A stretch of 64,000 nt of DNA from Candidatus Niyogibacteria bacterium (GTDB taxonomy: Bacteria > Patescibacteriota > Minisyncoccia > HO2-45-28). Shown one piece after another: positions 61,406 through 64,000 of the stretch; position 1 is the first letter of the stretch; every line of letters starts with the position of its first letter. The stretch lies in the NCBI GenBank assembly GCA_016432485.1, contig CP066691.1, positions 452,709 through 516,708 on the forward strand. The letters are read 5' to 3'. The notes beneath the pieces were generated by a model. That model was given only the letters and a program-made list of their open reading frames with translations. It searched no databases and had not been told where the DNA came from. The position numbers were made by a program, and so were the translations under genes.

Positions 61406-61455
61406 AATCTAATATATAATAAGTAGAGAAAACTTTGATTTCAAGGAGGAAAGAA

Positions 61456-61785
61456 ATGATTAAACTGACTGAATCCGCGATAAAAGAAATCAAAAGATTA
61501 AAAGAAGAAAAAAATCTGCAAAATCATGTTCTTAGAATAGGTGTACAGGGAGGAGGCTGTTCCGGTCTTTCCTATACTTTGGGCTTTGACACGGAAATTA
61601 AAGACAAAGACAAAGTTTTTGAAATTGAAGGAATCAAGGTGGTTGTTGACCAAAAAAGCTTGCTTTATATAGATGGAACAACCCTGACATACGAACAGTC
61701 CATGATGGGCGGCGGTTTCCGGTTTGAAAACCCCAACGCCAGCCGCACTTGCGGCTGCGGCGAATCATTCTCTCCAAAAAATTAA
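61456..61785 (+). CDS. iscA: iron-sulfur cluster insertion protein (HesB/IscA/ErpA family)
   Basis: 'GGGCSGLSY', C-terminal 'CGCGESF'; AAGGAGG SD. Confidence 0.8.
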   Translation: MIKLTESAIKEIKRLKEEKNLQNHVLRIGVQGGGCSGLSYTLGFDTEIKDKDKVFEIEGIKVVVDQKSLLYIDGTTLTYEQSMMGGGFRFENPNASRTCGCGESFSPKN

Positions 61786-61877
61786 ACTTCCGGAGCCCAA
61801 TTTTGGGCTCTTTTTCTTTTGCGTTATGTGGATAACTAACGCTTTTACACTTTCGATTTATTTTCTATAATATCACT

Positions 61878-63380
61878 ATGATAACAAAAAGGCAAAAACA
61901 AACCCTCGACTTTATAACCGACTATCAGGAGCAGAAAGGATATGCCCCCTCTCTTGACGAGATACGCAAGAAATTAAAACTCTCGTCAGTTTCAACAGCC
62001 CATTTTCATGTTTCTAAACTTCGCGATTTGGGACTTTTATCCAAAGAAGAGAACAAACCGCGCTCTATTGAAGCGTTCGGTCGCGAAACAATGGTAAAAA
62101 TTCCACTTTTAGGGGCTATTGCTGCCGGTCAACCAATAGAGGCAATACAGAACAAAGAAATGATTGCCATTCCTAAAAGTAAGATCCCTTCTTCGTCAGA
62201 AGTTTACGCTCTCCGCGTGGTCGGGAGCAGTATGATTGACGAAAACATAAACGATGGCGATGTGGTTTTGGTGCGCCAGCAGGAAGTCGCGGAAAATGGC
62301 CAGCGGGTAGTCGCTTTGATAGACAATTACGAAGCGACGCTAAAAAAATTTTATAAAGAGCGCGGACATATCCGCCTACAACCTGCGAACAAAACTATGG
62401 AGCCGCTTATTTTTAGAAATGGGCGAGATGTTTCAATTCAAGGAATTGTGCTTGATGTTATTCGTGATGGGGGTTTTATGTCTCCAGTAGAAATTTATCC
62501 AGACGCAAAACTTCTTAATCGAGAAAGAAAAGTCAAAAATAGAGAAGCGAAAGAAAGGGCGCGGGGTGGTACAAAATTTCAAAAAGAAGCTTTTGCGGTT
62601 GCGCAAGCAAACGGCATTGAGAAGTTTACAGACAAAATTATATGTGGCGACAGCGGAGAAGTTTTGCGTAAAATCCCAACTGGTTCGATTGATATCATCA
62701 TTACATCCCCACCGTATAATTTTGGCCTAGAATATAAAGACGATAAGAAAAATGATGCGATTCATTGGGACGAGTATTTTAAGAAGATAGATACAATTTG
62801 GAAAGAGTGTGCGCGCGTTCTAAAACCCGGAGGACGGCTCTGCCTTAACGTGCAGCCGTTGTTTTCAGATTACATTCCGACACATCATTTGATGTCAAAA
62901 CAACTACTTAATCATGGGCTGATCTGGAAGGGAGAAATTTTGTGGGAGAAAAATAACTATAACTGCAAGTATACAGCATGGGGCAGTTGGAAAAGCCCCA
63001 GTATGCCATATCTAAAATACACGTGGGAATTTGTTGAAGTTTTCTCGAAAGATACACACAAAAAGACTGGCGACTCATCAAAAGCCGATATAACTGGTGA
63101 TGAATTCAAAAAATGGGTTTATGCAAAATGGTCCATCGCTCCCGAACGAAACATGAAAGAATACGATCATCCTGCAATGTTTCCAAAAGAGTTAGCAACG
63201 CGACTAATGAAACTTTTTAGCTATCAAGACGATATTGTGCTTGATCCGTTCAACGGCGCGGGGACAACCACGCTTTGCGCCGCAGAAACAGGCAGAAAAT
63301 ATATCGGAATAGATATCTCACCAAAATACTGCAAAATCTCCGAGAAACGAATAAAGGAAATCCCCGCGAAGTTATTTTAG
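61878..63380 (+). CDS. fusion protein: full-length LexA repressor (wHTH + S24 autopeptidase) joined to a beta-class DNA amino-methyltransferase (N4-C/N6-A)
   Basis: LexA: 'TKRQKQTLDFITDY...LDEIRKKL', 'LLGAIAAGQPIEA', 'LRVVGSSMIDENINDGDVVLV', 'ATLKKFYKE'; MTase: motif IV 'IIITSPPYN' preceding motif I 'VLDPFNGAGTT'. Confidence 0.7.
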   Translation: MITKRQKQTLDFITDYQEQKGYAPSLDEIRKKLKLSSVSTAHFHVSKLRDLGLLSKEENKPRSIEAFGRETMVKIPLLGAIAAGQPIEAIQNKEMIAIPKSKIPSSSEVYALRVVGSSMIDENINDGDVVLVRQQEVAENGQRVVALIDNYEATLKKFYKERGHIRLQPANKTMEPLIFRNGRDVSIQGIVLDVIRDGGFMSPVEIYPDAKLLNRERKVKNREAKERARGGTKFQKEAFAVAQANGIEKFTDKIICGDSGEVLRKIPTGSIDIIITSPPYNFGLEYKDDKKNDAIHWDEYFKKIDTIWKECARVLKPGGRLCLNVQPLFSDYIPTHHLMSKQLLNHGLIWKGEILWEKNNYNCKYTAWGSWKSPSMPYLKYTWEFVEVFSKDTHKKTGDSSKADITGDEFKKWVYAKWSIAPERNMKEYDHPAMFPKELATRLMKLFSYQDDIVLDPFNGAGTTTLCAAETGRKYIGIDISPKYCKISEKRIKEIPAKLF

Positions 63381-63988
63381 AGACGCTCTTTTAATGCGCG
63401 CTCAAAATATTTGATTGCGCGGTCTAATCTTTCGGGACGCAGTGGTTTATAAAACTGCTTTTTGTGTATTTCCCCTTTGATGTTTCGCTCTCCGTCCAGC
63501 ATAGTGATGATCTCAATGTCGAGATTTGGAAAATGATACTCAAGAACTTTGACCGATGGGCTTCCGCTCGGATGATCAACGGCAACGGAGTAATCGCCAC
63601 CAAGCATACTTTCTAATTGGAAAAGGCAGAATTTAAGTTTTGGAAAATGCTTTTTTAGCAAAAAGGCATCAACTAATATGCGTTTATACATCGCGACCTC
63701 TGCATACGCCTTACACTCAACTGAAAGCACAAATTCATCATCAATATAGACCTGTTTATCTTGGGACAGTTTATAAACATTTCCCCTTCCATCACTGATA
63801 GGATATTTTGTTTTGTTGATTTTGATGCGCAAAGGTTTGCCGCCGATATTTTTCCATGCGAGTAAAACCATCTCCTCGGCCATCGTCTCAACGAGCGTGC
63901 CCTTCAGCGAACGTAAAGTGCCGCCGGCACGAATGCGCCACATTTTTCGTATTGTTCTATTGTAGAATTTTATAAATCTGTTGAACAT
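63377..63988 (-). CDS. putative type II restriction endonuclease (PD-(D/E)xK-like), convergent partner of the methyltransferase
   Basis: 'YIDDEFVLSVECK' PD-x(n)-E-x-K-like motif; 4-bp tail-to-tail overlap with MTase gene; ORF starts 12 nt from the window edge (63988 of 64000), so the true start may lie further upstream. Confidence 0.4.
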   Translation of the reverse strand: MFNRFIKFYNRTIRKMWRIRAGGTLRSLKGTLVETMAEEMVLLAWKNIGGKPLRIKINKTKYPISDGRGNVYKLSQDKQVYIDDEFVLSVECKAYAEVAMYKRILVDAFLLKKHFPKLKFCLFQLESMLGGDYSVAVDHPSGSPSVKVLEYHFPNLDIEIITMLDGERNIKGEIHKKQFYKPLRPERLDRAIKYFERALKERL

Positions 63989-64000
63989 GTTGCTTAAAAA

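Overview
AT-rich (~40% GC) compact bacterial segment with the gene content and architecture of a Patescibacteria/CPR-like genome (inference from tandem T4SS-pilin-like small membrane proteins, a truncated Mfd, a ribosomal cluster with no L30 gene between rpsE and rplO, and generally reduced genes). The backbone is housekeeping genes. On the minus strand there is one long ribosomal run: str operon rpsL-rpsG-[inserted acidic ORF]-fusA, then rpsJ-rplC-rplD-rplW-rplB-rpsS-rplV-rpsC-rplP-rpmC-rpsQ-rplN-rplX-rplE-rpsN(Z)-rpsH-rplF-rplR-rpsE-rplO-secY-adk-map, with tuf directly preceding rpsJ. Other housekeeping genes include pepN, pth, mfd, rpsA, gyrA, recJ, pgk, tpiA, galT, ruvX, trpS, pgm/pmm, ychF, rpsF-ssb-rpsR, recA, ftsK, ctpA, gdh, iscA, tRNA-Pro(GGG) and tRNA-Lys(CTT). 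Superimposed on this backbone are many small GC-rich or palindromic insertions. (1) A RAYT/IS200-like transposase flanked by REP hairpins, with further REP copies inside its own ORF and in-frame inside pgm. (2) A palindromic element with a 10-bp direct repeat in-frame in galT. (3) A triple-hairpin element that duplicated the 5' end of fusA. (4) A 573-bp GC-rich cassette bounded by a duplicated tRNA-Lys 3' end. (5) A GC-rich gene between ruvX and map. The most unusual locus is at the right end: a full-length LexA (wHTH + S24 autopeptidase) fused in one ORF to a beta-class DNA amino-methyltransferase, convergent with a PD-(D/E)xK nuclease-like gene. I read this as a candidate SOS-coupled restriction-modification module. 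Other accessory loci are a four-gene T4SS-pilin-like array, a MotA/ExbB + ExbD/TolR-like + membrane protein operon, and a surface module of a Thr/Ser-repeat protein with a beta-helix (pectate-lyase-fold) protein.
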